A stretch of DNA of 64,000 bases from Candidatus Bathyarchaeota archaeon (GCA_963733095.1 CAVTBV010000007.1:32001-96000), one strand, 5' to 3'. Counted from the first letter of the stretch, positions 42,332 through 52,638 are shown. Program-made: numbers and translations. Notes: a model not told the origin generated them from the letters alone.

Positions 42332-43366
42332 TCAATGAATGATAGTTATGGCTTCAGGATCAGCAATCATTAAGCCGTTTAAGTAAATGTAAGTCAGGAA
42401 GTTAGGCACTGAGTTTGCATCTGTCAAATTATTGCCTATTAGCCATTGGGCTTCATCCTGCAAAGCCAAAATTTGAGCCTGATCAAGAGAAACCGAGAAC
42501 TGATAATCTGACCAAACAGTTGGTAAGTACGAGCTGGAATAATTTAGGGCGTTAGTTACTATGGCGATGGATTGGTTTTGATGGGTTAAAAGATAGTTTT
42601 GGGCTTGAACCATTGATTTTAAGAATCTTACAATTAAGTCAGGATTTTGCTGCGCCCAACTATTCGTGCAGATCAAGTCCACATAAGCAAGCTGATTGGA
42701 TTGCACTTGCCACTCTACAACCTTATTTCCCAAGGAGTTTTCAATTTCGTTTACGTACGGTTGAAGCGTTACTACGGCATTAACTGAGCCATTTGCCAAA
42801 GCATTCTGAGCCCCTGTCAGGGGAACATTAACGAGTGTTACGTTACTAGGGTCTACACCGTTTAGGTCAAGAAATCTGCTAAGGTAGAATTCTCCGATAG
42901 TTCCGAATGCAACGCCTATTTTTTGACCATTCAGGTCCGAAATTTTATTAATGCCTTGGTCTGTTCTTGCAATCACATAGAAGCTTTGGAACTTGCCTAT
43001 AGATGCGAACGTGCAAAGGCTCGCATTGCCTAATGCTTCTTCGGCAACAACGAACTCGGCTGCCACTGCCAGGTTTACCTCACCGTTGAGCATCCCTTCT
43101 GCGGCGGCTGCACCTGACGCATAGTCTTTGAAGATTATGTTTAGACCGTTATTGACGAAATATTTCTGGTCTAGAGCTACGTAAATTAATGAACTTGTTT
43201 CGTTGGGAAGTATTCCTAACGTTACTGATTCGACTTTTCCTGAGTAAGGTTTTTGAGAATTAATGAAAACAAATGAACTTAAAACAATAGTTGATACCAA
43301 GATTATAACCGCTAAGGCCACCAAATTTCGCCTCTTCAGCGTCACCATCACAAACGTCCTCGACAA
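42332..43366 (-). CDS. SsuA/NMT1/THI5-like substrate-binding protein (paralog)
   Basis: YVALDQKYFVNNGLN, GQKIGVAFGT. Confidence 0.9.
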   Translation of the reverse strand: MSRTFVMVTLKRRNLVALAVIILVSTIVLSSFVFINSQKPYSGKVESVTLGILPNETSSLIYVALDQKYFVNNGLNIIFKDYASGAAAAEGMLNGEVNLAVAAEFVVAEEALGNASLCTFASIGKFQSFYVIARTDQGINKISDLNGQKIGVAFGTIGEFYLSRFLDLNGVDPSNVTLVNVPLTGAQNALANGSVNAVVTLQPYVNEIENSLGNKVVEWQVQSNQLAYVDLICTNSWAQQNPDLIVRFLKSMVQAQNYLLTHQNQSIAIVTNALNYSSSYLPTVWSDYQFSVSLDQAQILALQDEAQWLIGNNLTDANSVPNFLTYIYLNGLMIADPEAITIIH

Positions 43367-43473
43367 GAAATTTGATTGTTTAAAGTAAACATTGAACGTA
43401 TTTATGAATATCTAAATAACGGCAAAAACACATTTTTCTGATTTTGACTAACTAAGAATGTTTACTGAATTAA

Positions 43474-43512
43474 GGGTTCGCTTAGACATTTAAGGCATCC
43501 CAGCGGACCGCT
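43474..43512 (+). repeat. 11-6-11 site fused to a tRNA 3' remnant
   Basis: GGGTTCGCTTA-GACATT-TAAGGCATCCC-AGCGGACCGC. Confidence 0.7.
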
Positions 43513-43700
43513 CCTTGGTGTTCCGGGAAAGACGGCTTCAAAGCTTGATTAAAATTTGCGAAATTGCCTTAACCGGCAAGTTTGAGCAAAGGGGCCAGAC
43601 CGTTTCTGGGTAAGCATGTTAGAGACTTAATCTGGTTTATGATTGAATCCAACCTATCAACAAAAGAAGGGGGAACTGTGTGTTTGGTTGGCTAGTATTT

Positions 43701-44570
43701 CTAAGCCGCGGGTTGGGTTGTCTGGGGTGCTGATTCTTGGGGTGAAGTTTTTCCTTCGAAGAATGCCAGGAGGTCTTCGTTGATTTGCTGCTTGTGTGTG
43801 GTGCACATGCCATGTGGGGCGCCTTTGTAGATTTTAAGGGTTGCATTCTTGATGATTTTGGAGGAGAGCATTGCCGAGTCTGCGATGGGAACGATTTGGT
43901 CATCGTCGCCGTGAAGAATCAAGGTTGGCACATCGATTCTTTTGAGGTCTTCGGTCATGTCTGTTTCTGAGAATGCTTTGATGCAGAAATACGCTGCTGG
44001 AAAACCTGCCATCATGCCTTGATGCCAGAAATTCTCGCGCACGCCTTCCGAAATTTTCGCGTTTGGTCTGTTGTAGCCGTAGAATGGCATTGATAGGTCT
44101 TTGAAGAATTGTGAACGGTCGGCAATGACGTTTGCGCGTATTTGGTCAAAAGCTTGTATTGGTAATCCACCGGGATTGGCTGCTGTCTTAACCATTATTG
44201 GTGGAACCGCGCCGATTAGAACGGTTTTCGCCACTCTTTTGTTTCCATGGCGACCTATGTATCTTGTAACTTCGCCGCCGCCAGTGGAATGACCGACTAA
44301 TATTACGCTTTTTAAGTCAAGTTTTTCGATGAGCTCATTTAGGTCATCCGCGTAGGTGTCCATGTCGTTTCCGTTCCAAGGTTGACTTGAGCGCCCATGC
44401 CCTCGACGGTCATGTGCAATGCAGCGGTAGCCTTTGGGCACTAGATAGAACATTTGATCTTCAAAAGCGTCTCCGTTTAGCGGCCAGCCATGACTGAAAA
44501 CAACGGTTTGCCCTTTGCCCCAATCTTTATAATAAATTTTCGTACCATCTTTGATAATAATATTAGGCAT
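43701..44570 (-). CDS. Non-heme haloperoxidase / arylesterase
   Basis: [35 protein letters not shown]. Confidence 0.93.
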   Translation of the reverse strand: MPNIIIKDGTKIYYKDWGKGQTVVFSHGWPLNGDAFEDQMFYLVPKGYRCIAHDRRGHGRSSQPWNGNDMDTYADDLNELIEKLDLKSVILVGHSTGGGEVTRYIGRHGNKRVAKTVLIGAVPPIMVKTAANPGGLPIQAFDQIRANVIADRSQFFKDLSMPFYGYNRPNAKISEGVRENFWHQGMMAGFPAAYFCIKAFSETDMTEDLKRIDVPTLILHGDDDQIVPIADSAMLSSKIIKNATLKIYKGAPHGMCTTHKQQINEDLLAFFEGKTSPQESAPQTTQPAA

Positions 44571-44713
44571 TTCAAAAAACTCCTGTTCCAACAAAAGGAG
44601 CATAAGTATTTTAGCATTTGTGACGTCGCACCAACTATAACAGGTGTCAACTTCGACTGTTTGCTACGTCAACAGAGCTCCTACTGATTATAGCATTCTC
44701 GACCTTACCTTTT

Positions 44714-44868
44714 GGGGTCTGGAACCCAGCGGGCCTGCCATCGCCGAGTGAATATGTACTTTTAGCGCGAAAAAGGAAGGCGGCTACAGATGATGTCTCC
44801 CTTCTTAGAGTATAACGCAACGGCTACTCAACTTACCAGGGGGTGAAAATTCGAAGCCCACCTCCAGT
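44714..44868 (+). repeat. Composite site: tRNA remnant, motif C, repeat G core, second T-arm remnant
   Basis: ...ACCCAGCGGGCCTGCCA; GAAAAAGGAAGG..TGATGTCTCC; GCAACGGCTACTCAACTTACCAGGGGG; TTCGAAGCCCACCTCCAG. Confidence 0.65.
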
Positions 44869-44953
44869 TTCTCAGTTACATCGTATAGATTCAATTCTTG
44901 CCAAAGCGTTCTTATCCATCATTTATTACCAAAGTGATAGACCTGAAGCCAGT

Positions 44954-46054
44954 ATGAGAAAAGACGCTTTCCTAAAACCGCTCCCATTCATTCTAGTTGT
45001 TATGCTTTGCATGACTTCCCTTATAGTGACTGTGCGAGCTGAAAGTTGGAGCTGGAGTAAAGTGGCAAGCCCCGCAGGGGAATATCTATCAGTGGATATG
45101 GTCAACTCATATGATGGGTGGGCAGTGGGATTTGACGGAGCCATAATTCATTGGGACGGAAAAAGCTGGAACAATGCGGCCAGTCCAACCAGTTATAAAT
45201 TAGTCTCAGTGGATATGGTGAGCTCTACTGAAGGATGGGCAATTGCCCAAAGAATAGACGGTTACCAGACTAATCAGTCAGTAATCAGATGGGACGGAAA
45301 AAGCTGGAACAATGTAACAAGCTCAACCGCAGCCATGCTAACATCCGTGGATATGGTTAACTCAACTGACGGATGGGCAGTGGGATATGGTGGCATGGTA
45401 ATTAGATGGAATGGAACAAACTGGAACCTTGTGGAAAGCCCCATCAATAATCCGTGGGAATCGGTAGATATGGTTAACTCAACTGACGGATGGGCAGTAG
45501 GGAGAAGAGCGCAGTATACAGGCATTAACAGTATAATCCATTGGAACGGAACTATCTGGAACCTAGTAGAAAGCCCAAAAATCGTTGGAACTCGAACATT
45601 ATGGTCAGTTGATATGGTGAGTTCAACTGACGGATGGGCTGTTGGTGATAGCGGAATAATAATCAGGTGGGATGGAACGAGCTGGAACAAAGTAATAAGC
45701 CCCATTCCAGTTACCAAACACTTGTTTTCGGTGGATATGGTTAACTCAACCGACGGATGGGCGGTGGGCTCAGATGGATGTATAATCCATTGGGATGGAG
45801 CAAGCTGGAGCAACGTTACGAGCCCAACTGGAGCTTGGTTGTATTGCGTGAATATGGTTAGCTCAACAGATGGGTGGATAGTAGGAGCCGATGGAATATA
45901 TCGTTGGCAGGAAGTTACTGGTTTTCCTACTGATTACTTTATTATCATAATCGCAGTTATCGTTGCCGTTATCGTGGTTGTTTGGTTTTTTATAAGAAAT
46001 AAGCAAGCCCAAAAACGCACTAGAAGAGTAGTTCTCGAAGAGGGTTCGAGGTAA
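44954..46054 (+). CDS. Membrane-anchored beta-propeller repeat protein
   Basis: Seven repeats of SVDMV(N/S)STDGWAVG..G.IIxWxG; C-terminal TM. Confidence 0.9.
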   Translation: MRKDAFLKPLPFILVVMLCMTSLIVTVRAESWSWSKVASPAGEYLSVDMVNSYDGWAVGFDGAIIHWDGKSWNNAASPTSYKLVSVDMVSSTEGWAIAQRIDGYQTNQSVIRWDGKSWNNVTSSTAAMLTSVDMVNSTDGWAVGYGGMVIRWNGTNWNLVESPINNPWESVDMVNSTDGWAVGRRAQYTGINSIIHWNGTIWNLVESPKIVGTRTLWSVDMVSSTDGWAVGDSGIIIRWDGTSWNKVISPIPVTKHLFSVDMVNSTDGWAVGSDGCIIHWDGASWSNVTSPTGAWLYCVNMVSSTDGWIVGADGIYRWQEVTGFPTDYFIIIIAVIVAVIVVVWFFIRNKQAQKRTRRVVLEEGSR

Positions 46055-46131
46055 CTGCTGCTTAAAATGCCAGGGGTGTAGCTTCTATGTCCTGCAAGCT
46101 TCATCTTTCTTGGAGAGTTAAACTCCCCATC
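46040..46131 (+). repeat. Repeat G, inverted relative to 53141..53236
   Basis: gagggttcgagg.aac.gctgct.aa..tgccagggg..tgtagcttctat.tcc.gcaagcttcatctttcttggagagttaaactcc. Confidence 0.9.
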
Positions 46132-46264
46132 ATAGGTACAATTTGCTGCTTAGAGTTCGGTTCCCCAGATATGTTCCTACTTATGGCAATATGTTGTAGC
46201 CAGTTATCAATCACAAAAGGTTAACTTTCAAGCGCCAGTTAATCTTCTTGAGGTTTAGTTATTT

Positions 46265-46669
46265 ATGGAAAAAGAACTACTTTTTGAAGGAAAAGAAAAC
46301 ACCAGCTCAGTCAACATAAAGGAATTCACTCCAGCAGGCGTAAGGCTTGAAATCACAGTCGCAGGTAAAGTTAGCGGCAAAGTGGCTGGACAAATTATGT
46401 CTACACATAACATTCTCATGAAGCCAGGTGGAACAAGCGATCTTGACCTGAAATCAATCATATTCAGCAATGGCGAACCTATCTTCGTAATGGGAAAAGC
46501 CAGCGGTAAACTCATAGACCCAACTCCTATTGGACAGATTGAGGCAAACCTGACATTCCAGACCCCTTCTCAAAAACTGGCATACTTAAATACAGCCAAA
46601 GGCTGGTCAGAAGCAACATACAACATGGCAACAGGCGAATACACCTTTAAGGTCTATGCCGTCAAATAG
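46265..46669 (+). CDS. Hypothetical beta-rich protein
   Basis: 134 aa ORF followed by a T-run. Confidence 0.75.
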   Translation: MEKELLFEGKENTSSVNIKEFTPAGVRLEITVAGKVSGKVAGQIMSTHNILMKPGGTSDLDLKSIIFSNGEPIFVMGKASGKLIDPTPIGQIEANLTFQTPSQKLAYLNTAKGWSEATYNMATGEYTFKVYAVK

Positions 46670-46739
46670 CACCAACGATCATCCTTTTTTCATTCTTTAG
46701 TCGCATAAATCAGTAGTTCTTTCAAATGTTACATTGGGG

Positions 46740-46786
46740 AAAAAGGGGAAAAGGTGGGTGACATCTCCGCTCTAGTAAGAGTCCAA
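46740..46786 (+). repeat. Motif C copy
   Basis: AAAAAGGGGAAAAGGTGGGTGACATCTCC. Confidence 0.7.
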
Positions 46787-47007
46787 CGATATTCAAGTTA
46801 TCGTCCAAAGCAACTCAAATGTCAATCCCCAATACAATTAGTAATATGGATGCAGAGGGTTCGGTTCCCAACCGTATACACTTTCAGGCTAAAACAAATG
46901 TACAACTCGGAACTTGCTATTTTCTCTGCAATGATGTTTACTATCTCTATGGCAAGCATTAAATAGCTAACAATCTGATAGACGCTAACCTGGAGAAAGG
47001 GGTCAAA

Positions 47008-47274
47008 ATGGAGTCATACAAAAAGAACGCAATAGCTGCGGGAGTATTATTTGTAATTGCAGACCTTGTAGGTTTTGTGAGCTTACCCTTTATACAACCT
47101 ATGAATGATACGAATTATCTTGTAAGTGTTTCTGCAAATGCAAACAGGGTAACTACAGCAGCCCTTCTTTTGTTCATCGGTGCAATGCTTAACGTGCCAA
47201 GGTTTCTCTTCCCTGGAATAGTTGTTGGCTATCTGTACAAAAGGCTGCACGAATCAGGAATGGCTAAGAAATAA
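47008..47274 (+). pseudogene. Truncated DUF4386-like membrane protein
   Basis: N-terminus KNAIAAGVLFVIA...YLVSVSANANRV, then ends early. Confidence 0.5.
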
Positions 47275-47295
47275 AGTTGGAAAGAAGGGTTTTCG

Positions 47296-47778
47296 ATGAA
47301 GTGCTTGCTAATTGTGTATTCTTACCATCACAACAACACCCAAAAAATAGCAGAAGTCTTCGCAAAGGTGCTTGATGCGGAAATTAGAACTCCCCAGCAG
47401 ACTAACCCTGAAGAGCTTCAAGATTATGACTTAGTAGGCTTTGGGTCAGGGATAGACACTGACAAAAACTACAAAGAACTCCTTGACTTTGCAGATAGAC
47501 TACCTCAAGTCACAGACAAGAAAGCATTCGTCTTCTCAACCAGCGGAATGCCCGTTGGAATTTCAAGTCAACAGCGATTGGAAGAGTACACAAGCAAATG
47601 TCATACGACTCTTAAAGAAACTCTTCAATCCAAAGGCTACACGATTGTTGACGAGTTTGGTTGCGCGGGTTTCAACACTAACAAATTTCTCAAGTATTTT
47701 GGTGGAATAAACAAAGGAAGACCTAATGAAGAAGACCTCAAACACGCCGAATCCTTTGCTGAGAAGCTTAAAGTTTAA
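47296..47778 (+). CDS. Flavodoxin-like protein
   Basis: YSYHHNNTQKIA, DLVGFGSG, FVFSTSG. Confidence 0.9.
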   Translation: MKCLLIVYSYHHNNTQKIAEVFAKVLDAEIRTPQQTNPEELQDYDLVGFGSGIDTDKNYKELLDFADRLPQVTDKKAFVFSTSGMPVGISSQQRLEEYTSKCHTTLKETLQSKGYTIVDEFGCAGFNTNKFLKYFGGINKGRPNEEDLKHAESFAEKLKV

Positions 47779-47866
47779 GCCAGAAAAAATTGGTGCCTTG
47801 GCGAGCTATCTGCGTAAGACGTACTTAAGTCTCAGAGTCATGAAACTTCAATATTTAGTTGTGTTC

Positions 47867-48186
47867 TTAATATTATGGTAACTTCAGATTTTGTTTTTAC
47901 AGTTCACTAAATTTTTTCTGCATAAAGCAACCATTTTAGCGGTCTTGGGGATGAATTAGGGCAAGTTTTGGGGTCAATATTGAAATACACCTTAATATCT
48001 GCTTCCAATACATAATAATTGAGGCTGCAAAAGGCTCCGACAACCAGAAAATTAAGGGGTTGCATTTTCCCCTTTCTCCTCAAGTGGTTAAGAGCCAAAG
48101 CAGCCCCCCTTCCCAAATAAACTTTTACACTCATATAGCGGGTTGGTCATTCTCTGGTTTATTTATGAAATTGTTTAATTAGAAAT
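47867..48186. repeat. Non-coding repeat A, copy 3
   Basis: Colinear with copies 1 and 2. Confidence 0.92.
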
Positions 48187-48287
48187 TAAAAAACTGGCTG
48201 AGATTTTATTTTTTGTTAACCTATTATGTTTATTGTGTAGAATACTGGTTTTTGGATGCTAAAAAAAGAGAAAGAAAGGTTTAGTGT

Positions 48288-50003
48288 TTATCTGGGTATC
48301 TTTAGGGTTATCGCTGTTGTGTGTGTAGTTGTTCCATCGGTTCCTTGGATGGTGATTGTGTAGGTCCCTGTTTGAGTAAATCTTGGCACAGTAATTGTTA
48401 AAGTTGAAGCTGTAGCTTGAGATGTTATTGTTACGGGGTTTGTGCTAAAGCTGTATGTTACACCTGTTGGCGTGTCACTAGTAGCTGAGAGGGTGACTTT
48501 GCCTGTGTAGCCGTTGATTGGGGATATGGTGATTCTGTCGGTTCCTGATCTGCCTGTTTGGATGTTTAGGTTTGTTGAACTTGCTGATAGTGAGTAGTCA
48601 GTGGGCGATGTTACTTGTACGTTTATGGTTATTGGGTGGGTTATTGCTGGATTGCTGTTGTCAGTGCCGGTTATCATTACTTGGTAGGATCCCGCTGCGG
48701 TGCCTGCTGGTATTGTGAGGGTTGCTGTTTCAAAGCCCGTTATGGACGATGGGTCAATTGATACTCCAGTTATTCCTGTGGCTGTTAGCTGGACTGTGTC
48801 GGAGAAGCCGCCAACTGAAGCGATGGTTATGGTTGAGGTTCCTTGGCTACCGTAGGGTATTGTTAATGTTGGTGGGTTGGCTGAGATTGTGAAGTCTGGT
48901 TGTGGTGGTGCTGCAAAGTTGGTTGTTAGTGGGCTGCCTATTCCTGTGGTCAGATCATATCCTGTTCCTGCTGAGTAGCCGCCGCTTTGACCAATGGTTA
49001 CGTCTCTAAAGTCTGCGGAATAACTAGTTGTTGAAGCGTAAAGGCTGTAGAGGTTAGTGCTGGTTGCTGATTTTCCGAGGGCTTGGATTGCTGCCCATTG
49101 AGGTGCTCCTGCACTGGTGCCGCCGACGACGTACCAACCCTTTGTTGGCATGAAGGTGTCGTATACTGCGAATCCTGTGTTTGGATCGGCGTTGAATGAA
49201 ACGTCTGGTGTTGCCCTGTGTTTGTAGCCTAAATTGGCTATGGCTTGGCCTGAGGATACTGGTTCATAGCTGCTTACTCCGCCGCCGCTTCCGCTCCAAG
49301 CTGTTTCTGACCACTGGCCGTTGGTGTTTGTGAGGGTTGTGCCTCCTACTGAAATGACGTTTGCGCTACTGCTTGGCCAGATGATTGCTCCGCCGGTATC
49401 GCCTGATGCAGCAAAGAATTGTACGCCTGTGGTGCTTGTGAAGTAGCTGTCGTAGCTGGTTTCGCTTGAGAATTCATTTCCGCCCCAGCTCATGGAAACA
49501 GACACTACTCCGGGTTGGCTTTTTGCATAGATGACTGCGCTAAGTAAGTCATTTAAGCTTGCAGATCTCGCTTCGACGAGTAAGATTTTTGCTTCTGGAG
49601 CTATGGCGTGTGCCCATTGAACATCGAGTGCTTCTTCCATTCCCCAGTTGTAGTCATTGGAAATGCGACTTGACATCTTATGTATAGTTAGACTTGGGGT
49701 TGGTAGGTTGTTGTATGTTGAGAAATAAGCGAGGTCAGAGGCTAAGTTTGGGTTGTTGTATGCGTCCACTATCGCGATTGTTGTTCCAGCTCCTCCATCC
49801 GAGGGAAGGTTGTATGCTGTTTTAATGTCAGAAGGCCAGTAAACCACTGTGCCGCTTGTTGCTTGCTGCTTTATGTGGTGCATTGGTTGTGCTTGCCAAT
49901 CTGTTGTTTGCGCGTTTACAAGTGAAGGTGCGATTGCTAAAATCATGAGGAACATTAAGGTTAGAGTTAATATTTTCAGCGTTATTTTCGCCAATTTCTT
50001 CAT
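48288..50003 (-). CDS. Secreted S53 (sedolisin-like) peptidase with two C-terminal beta-sandwich repeats
   Basis: EEALD, ASGD, GGTSAGAP, GYDLTTGIGSP. Confidence 0.92.
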   Translation of the reverse strand: MKKLAKITLKILTLTLMFLMILAIAPSLVNAQTTDWQAQPMHHIKQQATSGTVVYWPSDIKTAYNLPSDGGAGTTIAIVDAYNNPNLASDLAYFSTYNNLPTPSLTIHKMSSRISNDYNWGMEEALDVQWAHAIAPEAKILLVEARSASLNDLLSAVIYAKSQPGVVSVSMSWGGNEFSSETSYDSYFTSTTGVQFFAASGDTGGAIIWPSSSANVISVGGTTLTNTNGQWSETAWSGSGGGVSSYEPVSSGQAIANLGYKHRATPDVSFNADPNTGFAVYDTFMPTKGWYVVGGTSAGAPQWAAIQALGKSATSTNLYSLYASTTSYSADFRDVTIGQSGGYSAGTGYDLTTGIGSPLTTNFAAPPQPDFTISANPPTLTIPYGSQGTSTITIASVGGFSDTVQLTATGITGVSIDPSSITGFETATLTIPAGTAAGSYQVMITGTDNSNPAITHPITINVQVTSPTDYSLSASSTNLNIQTGRSGTDRITISPINGYTGKVTLSATSDTPTGVTYSFSTNPVTITSQATASTLTITVPRFTQTGTYTITIQGTDGTTTHTTAITLKIPR

Positions 50004-50364
50004 TCTCCATGCATTTTTTGTTAAAATTGCTATTAAATTCTTGTTGATGTTCTAAGCATATAAGCGTTATCTTTGTATGATGGTTAGCTATACTTTTTGT
50101 CAGGCAAAAACTAGCGGGCAACATGGCATTTAACTCGTGTTTACATTATGGCATGTGTTGATGATGTATTAGGAAAAAAATGCGAGCAATAGCTGAAACA
50201 AATCATCGCCTTTTGTTCGAGTTCTTTAAGAATTAATGGAATAAGAGGTGGGTAATTAGGGTTGGAAAAGGAAAAAAGGGATTGTTCACTGACTTCAACT
50301 ATTAAGGGAATAGCAAATTAGAAAAGGAAGATTTGAGCTAGTGATCTCTTAGTTTACTTTAAGT

Positions 50365-50766
50365 CTAGGGTGGCATGTCAGGCTGCAGAAGTCCAAAAGA
50401 GTTCCCTTCTGGGTCCGCGACTACTGCAAACCAGCCTACTGTGGGTATTTGTTTTTTTGGAACCAAGATCTTTCCGCCTTCTTTCGTAACCTTATCTGTG
50501 TATTTGTCGATGTCTTCTACGCTGATGTAATTGACTTGTGGAGCGCTTTGCATTCCTTGAGTACGCGGGTATAAGCCACCGTTAACGCCTGGGCGCTGAA
50601 GCATTCCTTTCTCGTCGATGGGAACCGTAGCTATATTGTAGTATTCGACATCTGGCATGGAGGTTTTCGTGATTTTCCATCCGAGGACATTTTCATAGAA
50701 TTTTTGCAGTTTCTTAACATCATTTGCAGGAATTTCAAAATGAACAACTGTATGATCCATTTTCAA
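50365..50766 (-). CDS. VOC/glyoxalase family protein
   Basis: VVHFEIPA...KFYENVLGW...DPEGN. Confidence 0.92.
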   Translation of the reverse strand: MKMDHTVVHFEIPANDVKKLQKFYENVLGWKITKTSMPDVEYYNIATVPIDEKGMLQRPGVNGGLYPRTQGMQSAPQVNYISVEDIDKYTDKVTKEGGKILVPKKQIPTVGWFAVVADPEGNSFGLLQPDMPP

Positions 50767-51061
50767 ACAACTCTTTGTTTAGGATTTCAAAGTTTGCCGT
50801 TAAGTTAAAACTATGTGTTTGTTCTATGCCTACCACAAGCAGTTAAGCCTTAAGCATGTAGAATCAAAAAATACTACTTGTCGCACCGAAACTGGAGGCT
50901 GCATCTGCGCTTGTGGTGCAGACGGGTTTTCGGGAAGTTGATGTCCGTGGTTATTTTCACTGGGCTCTTACGGACAATTATGTGGGAAAAAGGGTTTGGT
51001 CAGAAGTTTGGATTGTTCTGTTGACTTATGAGACTAAGTCTTGGAAAGCAGGAAAAAGGGG

Positions 51062-51481
51062 GAGGTTCTTTAGGGGATAATAATCGCAGAGAAGACGGAA
51101 GAACCGTGAAGGCCACATGCATAAAACAGAAATATTTCCAGCACCATATTATTGGGTGAGGCTGTTAGGATGAGCCAATACGTTAAGGGAGCTGAACCTG
51201 ACAGGTGGCATTGGATTAAAGATTGCAAGATGTATCCTCGCGTAGTCATCCAGAAAAGAGGCATCAGACCAACTCGTGACCTCTGCGACGAATGCCAGGA
51301 ACTAGAGAAAAAGATACTTCTCAAAACAGCAGCAACATAAACAAAACTTACTCCCTAAACAAAGAATTGCGATATCAAGGTAGCTTGCGCTCTAAAACTT
51401 GAATAGTGGTTTGAGCGGCAGGCAGAGACGGATTTGAACCCGTCTGAAGTGGAGATGTCACCCGCAAATCTCCTCTTTTTT
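51062..51481. repeat. Duplicated module B, copy 2
   Basis: Matches 26862..27278. Confidence 0.95.
51170..51340 (+). CDS. 56 aa putative Zn-binding protein (identical to 26970..27140)
   Basis: Identical translation. Confidence 0.7.
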   Translation: MSQYVKGAEPDRWHWIKDCKMYPRVVIQKRGIRPTRDLCDECQELEKKILLKTAAT

Positions 51482-51650
51482 ATGGGCTTAGGAAAAAAGC
51501 GATAACTATTCTCTAGTTCTGGGGATGGGCTTTTGAGTTGATGTACGATTCCCTACCCCGCTTAGGCTTCAAGGGAGTGGTTTGCATAGGTTATTACCGA
51601 CCCTCCAGTAGCTTGACTGGCTTATAAAAATGAGCATCACCCGCCACCTT

Positions 51651-51707
51651 GGGGTTGGATTCGAACACTCTGTGGATGGAGAAATCACCCGCAAAACTCT
51701 CCTTTTT
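51651..51707 (-). repeat. Motif C plus T-arm remnant
   Basis: Reverse complement AAAAAGGAGAGTTTTGCGGGTGATTTCTCC-n-GTTCGAATCCAACCCC. Confidence 0.8.
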
Positions 51708-51759
51708 GTTTAACATATAGCGCGCGCTATCACAGGGTATTTTTTCAAGCTATTTTTCA

Positions 51760-52221
51760 CTACCACTTATGTACTCTCTTCTTATAATCGCTGTATTGTT
51801 GACCCAGTATTCGTGTCAGGTCTTTTTCCTCATACGTTGCCATCTTATCAATGAAGATGAAGAATGCAATCCACACTATGAAGGACAGGATTGAGAGTGT
51901 GGCTATCGAGAAGCCTAATAGGATTAGCAATTCTCCCAGATACATTGGGTGTCTAACCCTTCCGTAGACTCCTATATCGATAACTTTTCCCTCGGTGTTG
52001 CTGAATACTACTGCTGCAGATTTTCTCACAAAATAGACTCCAACTATGAAGGAGATGACTCCGATGGGGACTGATGCAAAGAGTGATGTTAATCCTAACA
52101 GGTTTAACGTATAGTGTAGTAAGAAGGAATCTATTCCCCAGATTATCAAGAAAATAAACGCGAAGACGACTTGTGCACTATCGTTAATGGGGTTCTCTGC
52201 ACCGATACCATGACGTGACAT
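51760..52221 (-). CDS. Isoprenylcysteine carboxyl methyltransferase family protein
   Basis: GVYGRVRHPMY, EEKDL...G..Y.DYKKRV. Confidence 0.9.
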   Translation of the reverse strand: MSRHGIGAENPINDSAQVVFAFIFLIIWGIDSFLLHYTLNLLGLTSLFASVPIGVISFIVGVYFVRKSAAVVFSNTEGKVIDIGVYGRVRHPMYLGELLILLGFSIATLSILSFIVWIAFFIFIDKMATYEEKDLTRILGQQYSDYKKRVHKW

Positions 52222-52251
52222 AGTTATCAGATTCTCATCTGTCTTGGCATT

Positions 52252-52638
52252 TTAGGTTTCTGTTTTTGGGTCAACAGCTTTTTTTTCGAGCATTAAACCA
52301 ATGATGGTTGGTGCGATGATGCCTATAAAATATGGAATCCACGTTCTAACATCTGAGAAGTAGCTAAACCCTGTGAAGGGTACTGCAACAAAGCAGACGT
52401 CAAGTAGAATAAAAAAGCCTGCCCAAACTGCACCTATAGTTAATCCCTTCCTAAAACTAAGAGGTTTAGCTATAAATGCGAACGCAAAAACAAGTGCAGT
52501 CACAAAAACTGTTGTTACAACCCAAACCCACCAAACGTTTGAGTCGAAGCCAAGCAATACTATGGCTGCAACCTCTAAAGAAATGATGACATAAATTAAA
52601 ATGGGGTAAAGAAGGAGCTTCTTTAAATCTTTAGGCAT
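52252..52638 (-). CDS. 4-TM hypothetical membrane protein
   Basis: Hydrophobic 128 aa ORF. Confidence 0.75.
   Translation of the reverse strand: MPKDLKKLLLYPILIYVIISLEVAAIVLLGFDSNVWWVWVVTTVFVTALVFAFAFIAKPLSFRKGLTIGAVWAGFFILLDVCFVAVPFTGFSYFSDVRTWIPYFIGIIAPTIIGLMLEKKAVDPKTET

Noticed and set aside
45061-45900. CRISPR-like periodic repeats (gtggatatggttaactcaac.gacggatgggc)
   Set aside because: They are in-frame coding repeats of the beta-propeller protein. No cas genes are present.
47907-48134. ORFs within repeat A (also 18697..18930 and 38573..38869)
   Set aside because: Reading frames are not conserved between copies.
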